Source of the DNA: Batkoa obscura
Lineage: Eukaryota
DNA length: 64,000 nucleotides
NCBI GenBank assembly: GCA_030770535.1
Contig: JASVEC010000001.1
Span: 2,232,001-2,296,000 of the forward strand
Direction: 5' to 3'
The notes under the pieces: generated by a model
The model's input: only the letters and a program-made list of their open reading frames with translations
Told to the model about the DNA's origin: nothing
The model's database searches: none
In this document: positions 14,472 to 28,188 of the stretch, piece after piece
How positions within the stretch are numbered: position 1 is the first letter of the stretch
Layout of the letters: every line of letters begins with the position of its first letter
Translations under genes and position numbers: made by a program

Positions 14472-16041
14472 ATGGCAAGAAGAAGACTTTCAGAACCACA
14501 TCGGGTTGATACAGATCCTATGCTTATGGAAGAGTATGATACAAATAACTCTGTTTCAAAAAAGTTGAAACAAGACAATGGCAAATTTATCAAGATCTTA
14601 GCTGCTGTTTGTTTATTCGTACTTGGTATCTATTTATTTTCGCGTAAAGCTAATTTAGAGCCCAAAGAGCAAGGTAAATTTAATTTATTAAATAGTTCTA
14701 GGATTCAATCTTATATTTTTACCAAAGGTTTGACTAATGCCTGTAGCTCTGCTTATCCAGGAAAACCTTTAAAGCAATATGTATTAATGATCGATGCTGG
14801 TTCCAGTGGATCAAGAATCCATGTATATAGATTTAATTTCTGTAAGAAGAACCCGGAAATTGAAGATGAAGTATTTGAGCAACTTAAGCCTGGGCTTTCA
14901 GACTATATCTCAGACCCTGAAGAAGCAGCAAAAAGTTTAGATAAACTTTTAAAAGTAGCTTTAAAGTCGGTACCTAAAGAGTTACATGAATGTACTCCAA
15001 TTGCTGTCAAAGCTACCGCTGGTCTCAGAATTTACAAAAAGAAAAGTGATGCAGTTTTAGGCGCAGTACGTCATCGTATTAAACATCACTTCCCGTTTCC
15101 TATTATTGATAAAAATGGGGTTGAAATTATGAGTGGAAAGGATGAAGGTATGCTATTAGCATTAAATATACTATAGTATTTTAAACTTTATTTTAGGTGT
15201 CTATGCTTGGATTACTGTAAATTATTTATTGGAAAAATTAAACTCAGATGCCAAAGAAGGCTCAAGTGTAGCAACTATTGACTTAGGTGGTGGCTCTGTG
15301 CAATTAGTATTTGAACCCAAGTTTCAACTTCCTTATAAATTGGAAGATGGCGAACACAAGTTCGAACTTGATTTTTCTGGAAGACATCATGTTTTATACC
15401 AACAAAGTTATCTTGGATATGGTTTAAATGAAGCAAGATCTAGATCACATCAATTGTTAATTGAAGCGAATACCAAAAACGATAATGAGATTGATAGTTA
15501 TGATCATCCTTGTTTTAAAAAGGGCCACGAAATCCAATACCTAAAAGATGGAAAAGAGTATAAAGCCATAGGAGTAGCTACTTCGTTTGATGAATGCCAT
15601 ACTTTAGCAAAGAGATTGTTTGAAAAAGAAAAAGAATGTCGTTTAAATCCCTGCTCTTTCAATGGGATTTATCAACCTAGCCTAAAAGATACTTTTGGAG
15701 ATAATGACATTTATGCCTTTTCTTTCTTTTATGATCGTACTCAACCTTTTGGATTGAACGAGAAATTTACAGTTAAAGAAATTAAGGAATTAGCAAAACG
15801 TATATGTAATAACGATAAAGAATATTTTGAAGGAAACCAAGTAGCTTTAGATCAACTTGAATCTAAGCCTTATAGATGTTTTGATGTTACTTATTTATAT
15901 ACTTTATTAAATACAGGTTTTGACATTGAAGATGGTCGATTGATACGTACTGCTAAGAAAATTAAAAACTTAGAAACTGGATGGTGTTTAGGTGCTTCTA
16001 TCGCTGTATTGGATGATAAAAATTATTGCCCTTCAAAATAA
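14472..16041 (+). CDS. GDA1: Golgi guanosine diphosphatase (GDA1/CD39 family); 2 introns
   Basis: N-terminal TM anchor; apyrase conserved regions MIDAGSSGSRIHVY, KATAGLR, MSGKDEG, DLGGGSVQ, GWCLGA. Confidence 0.95.
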
Positions 16042-16130
16042 TAAGTAAATATAAATAAATGTCAAATAAAATAAAAATGTTTTTTCCGATTATTTTAAAT
16101 TTAATGTTGTTAAAAAGAATACTTTCTGAT

Positions 16131-17503
<1,373 letters not shown>

Positions 17504-17934
17504 TTTGTTTAAAAAATAATTAAAAAATTGCTTGAGACTAAGTTATATGAAAGAGATAGCATACGTAAACAACTATAAGTAAATATTAGCCAATTAGAAA
17601 GCTATTCCGGCCTAGTTGATTGGTTTTTCATATTAATTTTGCTAAAAAAGTAAATTCATTATGAAAATTTTATAGTTTAGCTTTAAGCTTTTTTAATATT
17701 GATAAACAAATGGTATATACAAAATGAAGCTTTCAGTAATGATGTTTTTAATACTAAAACAATATCAATTAATTTACTTTAAATACTCTGATTTTTTTGA
17801 TATATTATTTTAAATACTCTTATCATCACCATTTATTTCAAAATTGACCTGCAAAAAATATATTTTATTGCATAACAATAATTTCGAAAAATAAAATCCA
17901 AAATTCAAAATTATTAATTCAATTTCATATAGCA

Positions 17935-19734
17935 ATGCTAGTCAAAAAGTTAAATAGCCATAAGACAAAAATAACTCAACAATTATTATTTATATCGAAG
18001 AAATATGGGAGCACAACAAACATGAAACTAATGATACCAAAACAAAGAGAAAAGACTATAAAAGAGAAATATAGTGTGAGTTCGATCGAGGAAGAGTATA
18101 ATCCCATGTTATTTTGGTTAGAAAGTAGTAACCCAAAGTTGGGAGAGAAAGAAATGGAACTACTAAATTTAATTACAGAGCTGAAGAACGTTAGTGAAAC
18201 AAAAAATGTAGATAATATTAGTGATTTTATTTTGCAAACTCTGAGACGTGGTAAAGATGGCGAAAGCGAGATAAGTTTAAGTAGCTTGATCAATACATAT
18301 GAAATTAAAAGGGATATTGAATTGGAAATAATAAATAAGTTGTTAAATCATGAAATGTTTATAAATGGGTGTCTATTATTGGTAAAGTATAAAAAGGATA
18401 AAAAATTAGTTGAAATTAGTAAAGAATTAGCTCGGTTAGCTAGTTTACCATTGAAAAGCATGCGATTAGTTTGGCTACTTATTAGAACATTATCTTTGGA
18501 TAAAAAAGAAGATCACTTTAAACTAGTTTATATTTTTTATCAGCAATTAATAGATAATCGAATTCCAGTCAATGATTCACTCTATAGTCTATTGTTTTAC
18601 GCACATTCTTATGACAACTCTACTTCAAATTTTCAAATAAACAAATTGAAGCATTTGAGAAAAACTATAACAGATTATAAAAATTCAGAACTAGTTCCAT
18701 CAAATTTCACCTTTAAGGCTATTTTAAGAAGTTTTTCAGTTCTAACTAACAATGAGTTAGTAAAGTCATTAGTTAAAAGTCAAGAAATCAAAAGCTTACT
18801 TGCATGGTCAATGAATAGTCAAATAGAATTTGATCAGCCAACTAAGGTTTATTTAATGAAGATATACAATAATTTGGGGATGGGAAAAGAATTGGAAATG
18901 TTATATTTAAATGAAATGAACCAACAACCTTCGATAGTAGCAAATAATATATATTTAAACCAACTGCTAGTCACTAAAGATAGCGAAGAATTGTTTTGGA
19001 AATTTTATGATAAAGTAATGGAAAACCCCGCACAAAATTTAGATATTCGTACACTTACAATGATGGTAAAGTATATGAAATTAATACAATATAATGAGGA
19101 TAAGTTAGAAAGTATATTGAAGTTGAATATCTCACATGATAAAGTATTCAATAAAACTCTACTTAATTTTTATTTAACTAAAGGCAGAAATGATAGTTTT
19201 TTTGCTCTTTTAAACTCCAATGACTTTACTAGATTGCCAAAAGATAAAGATGTTATTTTGCTCAATATCCTTGCAGGCTGCAAAAATGGAATGGATGGTG
19301 ATGAAATTAAGGATTTATTTAATGAATACTCGAAACTAACCGAAAACATAACTGTTGCTGGAAACAGAGTTTTAAATTATTACGTACAGCTCGGATCTTT
19401 AAGTCATTTCAATGAAGTATATAATTATTTATTGGAGCAGCATAAAGTTAATGATCAGACATTTGTTATTGGATTTAAAATGTATAGAAGAATGGGGAGT
19501 TATCAACACTTTGAAAAATTAATCATTGATTTACTAAATACAGAAATCAATATATATAATTCTAGTTTAATTAATGAGATACATAAGAGCTTTCATTTGT
19601 TGTATGATGATCCAGAAGTAAAATTTAAAAAATGGTGTAATTTGTTTCTGGATGATTTATTAAGCAAATATGAAATAGATATAATAAAGTTTAGAAGGGT
19701 TAAAAGGCAGCTATTAAAAAGTATAATAGAATAA
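17935..19734 (+). CDS. Intronless helical-repeat (PPR-like) protein, probably mitochondrial
   Basis: Basic N-terminus; repeated PPR-like segments (PVNDSLYSLLFYA, PSNFTFKAILRSF, PSIVANNIYLN, DKVFNKTLLNFY, NDQTFVIGFKMY). Confidence 0.65.
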   Translation: MLVKKLNSHKTKITQQLLFISKKYGSTTNMKLMIPKQREKTIKEKYSVSSIEEEYNPMLFWLESSNPKLGEKEMELLNLITELKNVSETKNVDNISDFILQTLRRGKDGESEISLSSLINTYEIKRDIELEIINKLLNHEMFINGCLLLVKYKKDKKLVEISKELARLASLPLKSMRLVWLLIRTLSLDKKEDHFKLVYIFYQQLIDNRIPVNDSLYSLLFYAHSYDNSTSNFQINKLKHLRKTITDYKNSELVPSNFTFKAILRSFSVLTNNELVKSLVKSQEIKSLLAWSMNSQIEFDQPTKVYLMKIYNNLGMGKELEMLYLNEMNQQPSIVANNIYLNQLLVTKDSEELFWKFYDKVMENPAQNLDIRTLTMMVKYMKLIQYNEDKLESILKLNISHDKVFNKTLLNFYLTKGRNDSFFALLNSNDFTRLPKDKDVILLNILAGCKNGMDGDEIKDLFNEYSKLTENITVAGNRVLNYYVQLGSLSHFNEVYNYLLEQHKVNDQTFVIGFKMYRRMGSYQHFEKLIIDLLNTEINIYNSSLINEIHKSFHLLYDDPEVKFKKWCNLFLDDLLSKYEIDIIKFRRVKRQLLKSIIE

Positions 19735-19817
19735 TCTTTAAAATAAAAATAGTTAACAAATTAGTTCAAATAATTACTATTTAACATTCTATGATTCATG
19801 TTATCGTATTACTTATA

Positions 19818-20933
19818 CTATCCTTTTAAATCTCCTTCAGAGGTAATTTCACTTTCTTGGTTAATATTAATGGGAGCTGATAAAACACTTCTATTTTCGT
19901 CTTGATTGTTAAAAGTTTCTTGAGAGTCAGTATCACTTACTTCACTTATATTACTAGCTTCATTTTCAGTTAATTTTTTGTTTAGATCATTGATACTTTC
20001 AATAGCTTTACCAAAGCTCAACCCACTGTTTTCAGTACTTTCCATATCATAAGTCGACTCAAGCTCGCTAGAATTTTCTGAATTTTCTGAGCTTGCAGAT
20101 AAAGTTAAGTCCCTATTGTTGCTTTGATCTACTTCAATATTAATTGAGCCTTTAGTTACATCGCTTTGTTTATCTAATTTAGTATCAGTTTGATTTTTTG
20201 GAAATATTCCTGCAGGTAGTTGACTACCTTGTCTAGTAGAAAACTGAACTTTTCCTTTATAAGAAGTACCATTTAAAAGAGGCACCATTTCCTCTACCAA
20301 AGTTTCATCAAACATCGATGTTAGTCTAAAGGTATAAGGTCCTGGTCCTGGTAAACTCATAGTAAAATAATTATAGTATTCCTTTTTGACCTGTTGCCAG
20401 TTACCATCGACTAACAACTCCATCTTTTTAACAGGTGCAGCTGAGTTACGTATACCTATTGAAAACCACCATGGTGTTGATCCTTTAATAAAAATATATC
20501 TTAAAGAACCTTGTGCTCTACAAGGTTGTGGTTTCCAATTGACCTTTATTGCCCCCAATGAAAGATCCCCTAACTCAAGAAAACTTTCCTTATCTAACAA
20601 TATGTCATATGGATCACATCCTAAACATAAATCGACTACCCCAGCTACTATACTACCTTTGCTTGTACTTGCTCCTATACATAACCCACATGCTATAGAG
20701 TCCGCAAACAGTTTGGGACCTACTGCTGCAAGTCTACGATAACTTCCATTTTCAAAGTTACAGTTTCCTTTTTCTATAGAACGGGTTAGTTGAATGATAA
20801 AAACAGAAGAAGAAGAATTACCTGTAGTTATGTTTTGAGCATACCTTGCCATCCCAGTTAATGTTTCGGCATTGTTAATTAAGCCTGTAGAATATATAGT
20901 TGAAAATAATAGAATTGAGATGAAATACAGCAT
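19818..20933 (-). CDS. Secreted expansin-like protein (DPBB + CBM63-like domain) with Ser/Glu/Asn-rich tail
   Basis: Signal peptide; ACGLCI, VVDLCLGC, WKPQPC; domain 2 WWFSIGIRN...WQQVKKEYYNYF...GPYTFRLTS resembles EXLX/YoaJ. Confidence 0.88.
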   Translation of the reverse strand: MLYFISILLFSTIYSTGLINNAETLTGMARYAQNITTGNSSSSVFIIQLTRSIEKGNCNFENGSYRRLAAVGPKLFADSIACGLCIGASTSKGSIVAGVVDLCLGCDPYDILLDKESFLELGDLSLGAIKVNWKPQPCRAQGSLRYIFIKGSTPWWFSIGIRNSAAPVKKMELLVDGNWQQVKKEYYNYFTMSLPGPGPYTFRLTSMFDETLVEEMVPLLNGTSYKGKVQFSTRQGSQLPAGIFPKNQTDTKLDKQSDVTKGSINIEVDQSNNRDLTLSASSENSENSSELESTYDMESTENSGLSFGKAIESINDLNKKLTENEASNISEVSDTDSQETFNNQDENRSVLSAPININQESEITSEGDLKG

Positions 20934-21532
20934 GAAGAATTATAAATAAATAGAGATGAATAAAAGTGTCATATTATTTCATTGTTTTTATAATCTTATC
21001 TTTTTTACAAGTTCGTTTCTTCTCAATCAATCTCGATACGTATCAAACTTTTGTAATCTTTATTTTCAAATTGTCGTGTTTATTCCAAACTTGTTTTTTT
21101 TAATACAAAAGTTCAAACTTATTAATTTTCTAGTTGAAGTCCTAATTAAAAATTCATTCAATACAATACATTATTGAAATTTAATTAAATCATAATGAAT
21201 AATATTAGCTTTTAACAGTAAAATTAGACCATTAATATGATAAAAATAGTTTCTAGTTGGGCTATGATAATACTATTTATAAATAGAGTTTAGGCCTAAT
21301 TGTAATTTGTGAAATAAAAATTCAAACGTTTGAATTTCAGTTCTCATTTCTAAATTTGGAAAATAACTCTAAAATTTACTAATTTGACAAAAAAAATGTA
21401 CGGTTTTAAAAAAATAGAACTACTTTTGACTATTTCAAATTTAATAACTATTAAAAAATGATTAGCTCTAACTTTAGCCAATTTTATTAAATTTTTTTAC
21501 TGCTATAATAATTAATATAATTTAAAAGATAC

Positions 21533-23013
21533 TTATTTTTTATCTTTAACATAAATAAATTCTGCTAAAGACTTGAATTTCTTTAACAGTTTTTGTTTGG
21601 GTGTAGTTTGTATTACTGAGTAGTCTCTAGCTAAACCCTCCTTAGTATCTTGACTTAAATCAAAAACTGAACGCCTAAAATTTAATTTGTTACCATCATG
21701 CATGTCTTTTGCTTATATAAAAACTTACTCATTTAACTTATTAATAGCGTCAGTTCTTGGCAATACAGGCTCAAATCCATCTTCATTATTCTTTTCTAAA
21801 TGAAAGTTTAATAATAAAAATTTTACCAGTTATTCTCTTACTCTTTCTCTTTTTCTTTTGCAAATTACTAAGTGGGCTCATCCCATTTTTCAGTTCATCA
21901 AGTTGTTTTTCATATTTGCTAAAGAATGCGCACTTTAGCGCTTCGCTCAATGAAAATCGGTCAGCTAAACAACATTAGTTACCTATAAAATTCAGAGGCT
22001 AAAAATAATTACCAGGCTCTCTCTTTAAGAGGCCTTGAATGACGTGTTTGGCATCACTGTAAATGGCCTTATTATTTGGTACTATATAATCCTCAATAAT
22101 AATTCGTCTAATTATTTGTAAGTATAAATTTTATTTAAATATAAATCATTACCTAATATGTAAATCTGTCTCATCATTGTCGAACGGATAAGTATTAGTA
22201 AAAAGATAAAAAGCTAATACACCAAATGACCAAGAATCTGCTTTGTAATCATATCCTATGAGATTGTCCACTACTTCGGGTGCAATATAATGGTAATTAC
22301 CAACAGTGGAGCTAATAATGTTAAATTATAATATTTTGTTTCTAATATTTATTACTATTCTCTACTACCATTGGTAACAAGTATTGCTTCAGAAAAATCG
22401 CCCAGTTTGCAGTTGAAATTGTGATCTAAGAAGACATGATCCGCTTTGAGATCTCTATAAATAACTCCTTTACTATGACAGTGTCTTAAAGCATTACTGA
22501 TCTGATATAATATAACTCTTATTTGGTCTTCATTTAAGGTGTATAGCTCCAAGTAATCTCTTAACGTTTGATTTTCACATAATTCCAATACTAAATAGAT
22601 TGAGTTGGCATCTTCAAAATGACCATATAGATTCACGATCGTACTATTATTTAGTTTTTTTTGTATCATTATTTCGTTTTCTAACTATAGAATTGTGAAT
22701 AAGTAACTAAGTTTCAAATCAAGAACTTACTCTAGAAATATAATGTTTATTAATGTCTTGTTTATCATAAACTTTTAGACATATTTTATTTCCTGTAACC
22801 AGATCAATAGCTGAATAGCACTTCGATATTGTGCCCTAATAAAAAAAGTTAATTGGAATTCAATAAAAAAAGTAAAAAATAGTTTACAATCCCAATATGT
22901 TGAATGATCATAAAGCATATACCCTCCTTTTTATCACCAATAGTCTGGCCAGGATACAAACAAATATCTGAATTTTCAAAATTTTCGAAACCTAAAAGAT
23001 TTTTGTTTGTCAT
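21533..23013 (-). CDS. Divergent polo/Aurora-related Ser/Thr kinase or pseudokinase, multi-exon
   Basis: Spliced translation: GI|GTISKCY, ICLK, LENEI, YLVLELCEN, YRDLKADH, DFS, YIAPE, DSWSFGV; no polo box; 3' end approximate. Confidence 0.75.
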
Positions 23014-23367
23014 GGTGAAAATAAAAGGAAGGAGCTACTTTTTTGTTTAAAATCAAAGAACTGAAAACTTTTTTGCTTTCAAGTGCAGATTGTTTAGTAT
23101 TTGCCTTTTATGGAATGAGTTATTCTTATTGTAGCATAAATTGGAAGGTGAAGCAAAACTTATTTTGACTACTATGTTATCGTAATATTGTATATTATAC
23201 TGTAAAAAGTTCATAAATATTTAAATTCAGTGATACTATTTGATTATACAACGTTTATTATTAATAAATAAAAGCTCCTGTTGACCATATATAATTATAG
23301 CAATACAAACAATTTTAAAAAATAGTAGTATCAAAACTATGAGTATATTTATTTTATGAGTTAAATC

Positions 23368-24605
23368 TCAATTTATACTTTTAGCGGTGAATTCGTTAAA
23401 AAAAGAATACAACTTGTTAAGGTTTATGTCAGGATATATAGAGCGTAAAGCTACTAGATTAATTCTAGTATCTTTTAATAAACCCCAATTTGGCGAAGCA
23501 GTCTGTTTTAGCCAATTGAAGTCATCTACTTTATTATATAAATTGTTTTCGGGGTTATAGTTTATATTATAATGCTAAAAATTAATAAAAAATTTCAACA
23601 AGAGATAACATACTCACTTTAAATAGCTCTTCTTCATTTTCATTCTCAAACTCAATTAAATATTTACCAAACCTAATATCAGTACAATCTTCTATAATAG
23701 GATTAGAATTGGCTGATAGAAAGACTTGACAATTTTTAGAGCCATGCATACGATACTAACAAAATGTTAAAAACAAACTATTTCCCATAATATTGATTAC
23801 CTGCTGAGAAGCCACATAAATGATACAATTAAAACAGTTTTGAATCAAAATGGAGTTCAAAACAGGTGGTAATAAAATAATGCTATCCTTAATTTCTTTT
23901 AAATATAAAGTAGCTATTTTTGTTTGTTTATTAATCAAATCTATCACTGAGTTTTCGATTTCTGATATATTAACGCTTGTACTGCTCTCTTTTGTTAAAT
24001 CTTCCACTTTATCAATAGTAATAATTCGCTTTTTCATATTTTTTATCTCAAAAGTGTCTTTAAAAAATTGGTTTTAATTTTGGTCTTGATATACAATTTT
24101 AAACTTACTTCCTTTGAATCCAATTCTAGGCTCTATGTTAACTTCTTCTTTACTCTTTTCTTTTATTACTTTTGGTTCGGAATTCACTTTCATTTCTGTG
24201 TTGTTTTTTAATAACTCTCGTTTTCTAAAACCAAACTTTGGTTTTGGGGTTAAACTGTTTCTTAGTTGAGTTATTCTATCCTTCAACCTTTTTAAATCCT
24301 ATTAATTATATTTAAATTTTGAAAAATGATTAATTGATTTACCTCTTGATAACTTTTTTGTTCATAAGATGGTAAAAATGGGAAATAATTTTGAGTTAAT
24401 TCTTGTAAAGATTGAATCTTTAATAAAATTGATTCATTAATTTTCTCTATCTCATTTTTATTTATCGCTTCAAGACTATTGAGTAAATCTTCTATCTCTA
24501 AATAACAAAGTTATAAATTTGATCATATTGCCTATTATATTTACCTTGAACGCTAAGTTTATATTGTTTGTAAAATTCTTCACGTCCATTTTCTTTGGTA
24601 TCCAT
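23368..24605 (-). CDS. CIN2: Tubulin-binding cofactor C; multi-exon
   Basis: PKPKFGF, VASQQ|YRMHGS, SNPIIEDCTDIRFG, VDDFNWLKQTASPNW. Confidence 0.9.
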
Positions 24606-24698
24606 ATATCTTTTAATATTTTTTTAAAGTCAAAAACATTCATTTTGCGAAATTAAAAATCATTTTAAGAACAAAAATTCACATTTATGCAGATAGTT

Positions 24699-24801
24699 AT
24701 GGGGGTGTTTTTTTTGGCTTCACTACTTTTTCCATCTTTTAAGCGCTATTTGAGTGGAAAAATTGTTAGTAAAATTCCTAAATACAAAAATGCATCCCCA
24801 T
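24699..24801 (+). mobile_element. MITE-like repeat, copy 2
   Basis: ATGGGGGTGT...GCATCCCCAT terminal inverted repeats and shared core. Confidence 0.88.
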
Positions 24802-25386
24802 ATTATTTTAATAGTTGACAGTATTATTACTTATATGAATATAAAGTATATAATATAAAAATTAAAATCAAATGCAAATATAAATAAATTGTATTTTATT
24901 ATTATAGCAAGGTTAAAGAGCTTGGAGTCAAATGAATTATAGATGATATAATTTTAGAATACAATAGTGCAACTTTAAGAATCGCTCAAATATATTAAAT
25001 TTAAACTAGCATGGTACTGAATTTTGTATATTTTATGTATAGGGTTTATTAACTTTATATACTTGATAGTTATTATGATTCTTTCACAGATACGAATTAC
25101 TTTATTAAATCCAATAAACTATGTGATGATATTAAACTATGATATAAACATCTAATAAAACAAATTAATCCTATAACAAACAGCTATAGTGAAGCTCAAA
25201 GGATAATAGTATATTATTGAAGAAGCTTACCAGGCAAGTTTTAGTCTAGTATTATTGAACTGCTTATTAAATTAAACTTTATTACCTTTATTTACCCTGA
25301 AAATAATTCTAATTCTATAAAATAAATTAAGCTACAAAATCTAAATAACAATTTACTATAAAGTTATAATTTAATAATAGAAAGGA

Positions 25387-25878
25387 TTAATAGTTATTTG
25401 GAATGGTCAAAACGTAATAAACATCAGTATCCTTAACAAATAACTCTTTAGCACCATAACCAAAGGCCATACCATTGGACATATTAATTGAAACTTTACC
25501 AAGTACTTCTCCACTTTGTAAGCGTGTTTTAGCAATGAAGAGCTCAAGACCATCACCTTCATGACCAGCTTCTAATGGTGTAAAACCTTGAACTTGCAAG
25601 CGACCATAACACTCCTTCCATTGGAGCGTACGAGCATCACCAACTAAAACTTCATATTCCTTTTCAAGTACCTCTTTACCACCAAAGGAGATTAAACAAC
25701 CTTCTAAATGAGGAGCGGTTTTACCTGGGATCAAAGAACCTTTGTACATGGTACGTGCAATAAATAATGGTCTACCATCATTTTCAGATCCACCTTGAAC
25801 AGCATTGGGTGGTACAATACCATTACTGGCTCTTACCCATTGTAATTGAGGATGACTACGACCTAATTTTTGTGACAT
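25387..25878 (-). CDS. DM9/DUF3421-repeat protein (two DM9 repeats), intronless
   Basis: WVRASNGIVPPNAVQGGSENDGRPLFIAR...LIPGK...FGGKE...EYEVL, repeated in the second half. Confidence 0.9.
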   Translation of the reverse strand: MSQKLGRSHPQLQWVRASNGIVPPNAVQGGSENDGRPLFIARTMYKGSLIPGKTAPHLEGCLISFGGKEVLEKEYEVLVGDARTLQWKECYGRLQVQGFTPLEAGHEGDGLELFIAKTRLQSGEVLGKVSINMSNGMAFGYGAKELFVKDTDVYYVLTIPNNY

Positions 25879-28188
25879 TTTAAATAATTTTATAATAAAA
25901 AAGAAATAAAATTATGTTTGTTTGATTTTTATATGTCCTTTGAAGTTACCGAAGCATGACATCACCAGTTAAAAATAACATCACTCAACCCAGTTTTATT
26001 ATGGTTAAAATTACGTTTGATTGGATTATGCCTGTTTCAAATCAAATAAAATCATCATTCACTTTTGATTCCAAACTTTGTAAGTTGATTTTTATAATAA
26101 GCGGCCTAACTACATGGTAAAATTTTTATCTAAAATTTTAATCTTACTAAAATAGTAATTTAATACCATTTTATAACATTTTTATCAAGAATATTAATAA
26201 ACCTTGTATATATTTTATTATGCAACTTTAATTTTTAGACATTGATAATATATAAAATATTTCTGCGGACATTTTTTAAGAACTTTATTAGCAAATCGGA
26301 CGAAATTAATATTGAATAGAAAATGGACAGAAAAATGAAACAAAATGACATATTCATTATAGAAATGATGAAATAGATCTGTCAAAGTATAATGACTATA
26401 ATAGAACTCTAATTTTAGGAATCAAAACCTTGCACTTAACTAACAGTGAAACTAGCCCTAAACTCAACAGCATTAAAACTAGTGATGCTTTTAATTAAAA
26501 GTAGTATAGAATATCAATTTAAAAATACTTTAAAATCAACTAGTCTTTTATAAGTTAGCTATAGCTATTCTAATTCCATAGTATTGTTTTTGATAGGAAT
26601 TTATTTCATCTAAAAATCACAATTTTCAAAATGCAAATTTTGCTATCTTTAGCAAATCAACTATCTTTGTGTAAAGTATAAGGTATATAGGATATTTGAT
26701 AAGTTTGCTTATATAAAATTTAAAACCAATAACATATTAAAAATATTTGAAAACTTTTAATTATAAACTAATGTATAAAATAAAACGCTCTTTATTTAAC
26801 TTTTTTATAAATTTCAAAAGACTACTTACATGGTTGGAACTTCTACAATGAAAATATATAGCTTTAACTCTCATATATTTATAAATAATTGGAAGGGGGG
26901 GAATTTTATTGAGTAAAAATTTAGTTGATATTAGTAAATTATTAAATGATGAAGCGTCATCTGGTACAAAAGTTACTATAATAAGTTTTTAATAAATGGT
27001 TACATAAAATAACTTTTCCATAAATGCTAGACTTGAGTTAATTTTTCCTTTAACTCTATCAATAAACTCTCACACAATATTTAACAAAGTTAAACGCATA
27101 ATAATTTCTGAATTATCTCGTCCTTTAAATATTGGGGCTTTTATATCCATAACTTCCTATTATTGATTTGATACTGATTTGATACCCTCTTCATTTCTGG
27201 ATCCAATCTCTAGCATACTACAATCCTTGAATACAACATTCACCGATATTTAAATTTTTCAACTATTAATTCGATAAAATTCTCTCAAGGATATACTTCA
27301 GCTTTTTTACTATGTATTTCACCTTCTAAGAAATCAACACCCAACAAATACATTCTAATTGCACATTGAAGTGATGTTTTACAAATATTAAAATTCTTGT
27401 CAGAGACACTTAAAGTGAAAGCCTCACTGTTTAGCAAAGTCAAATGGAAAACTTAATCAGTACTTTTATCTATAGTCATATTATGAGTTTGTTATTGTTT
27501 GTTAATATTTTGAATGATTGTAACTATATTATAATATAGGAATATAAATCAACTCGATTTGAGTCGTATTTAATACCAAAGATGATAAATTAGTAAAATA
27601 AGTTAAAAATAAAAAATAAAAGATAAAGTTTTTAGACTAATAAACATGACTTTTTATATTAGTTTACTTTACATAATTGCTATAAGCAACTGATGTACTA
27701 ATATATTAATAAATAACTAATGAGATATCAAATTGATAAATAATTAATATTGTAATAAAGGGTTAATCAATATAATATAAAAACAGTAAGTAACTGATAA
27801 AATAACAATATTAAATTAACTTTAGTAATTTATATTAAAACTCTACTATCCTTTTATACTATTATAATCCTTTTTTTTGTTTTTAACGTATAGCAAAATA
27901 TAATTAATTATATAATAGGTAGTTAAGTAAGTAAACTCTTTAATACTAATTTGATATAATAAAATCTTATAAAATTACTTTTGGATTTATGAATATTTAA
28001 ATGAAAATACGAATAATGAATAATATATATAATTATTAATCTTTATAATTATTGTAGTATCAAAAATAAATAAATAAACTAATTCAATAACCTTTAAAAT
28101 ATTAAATAAAACCATTAAAATCCAAAATTAAATTTAAATCATTTCTATTTTAATATTAATTTTTTCAAATCAGCTAAAATAAAAACAC

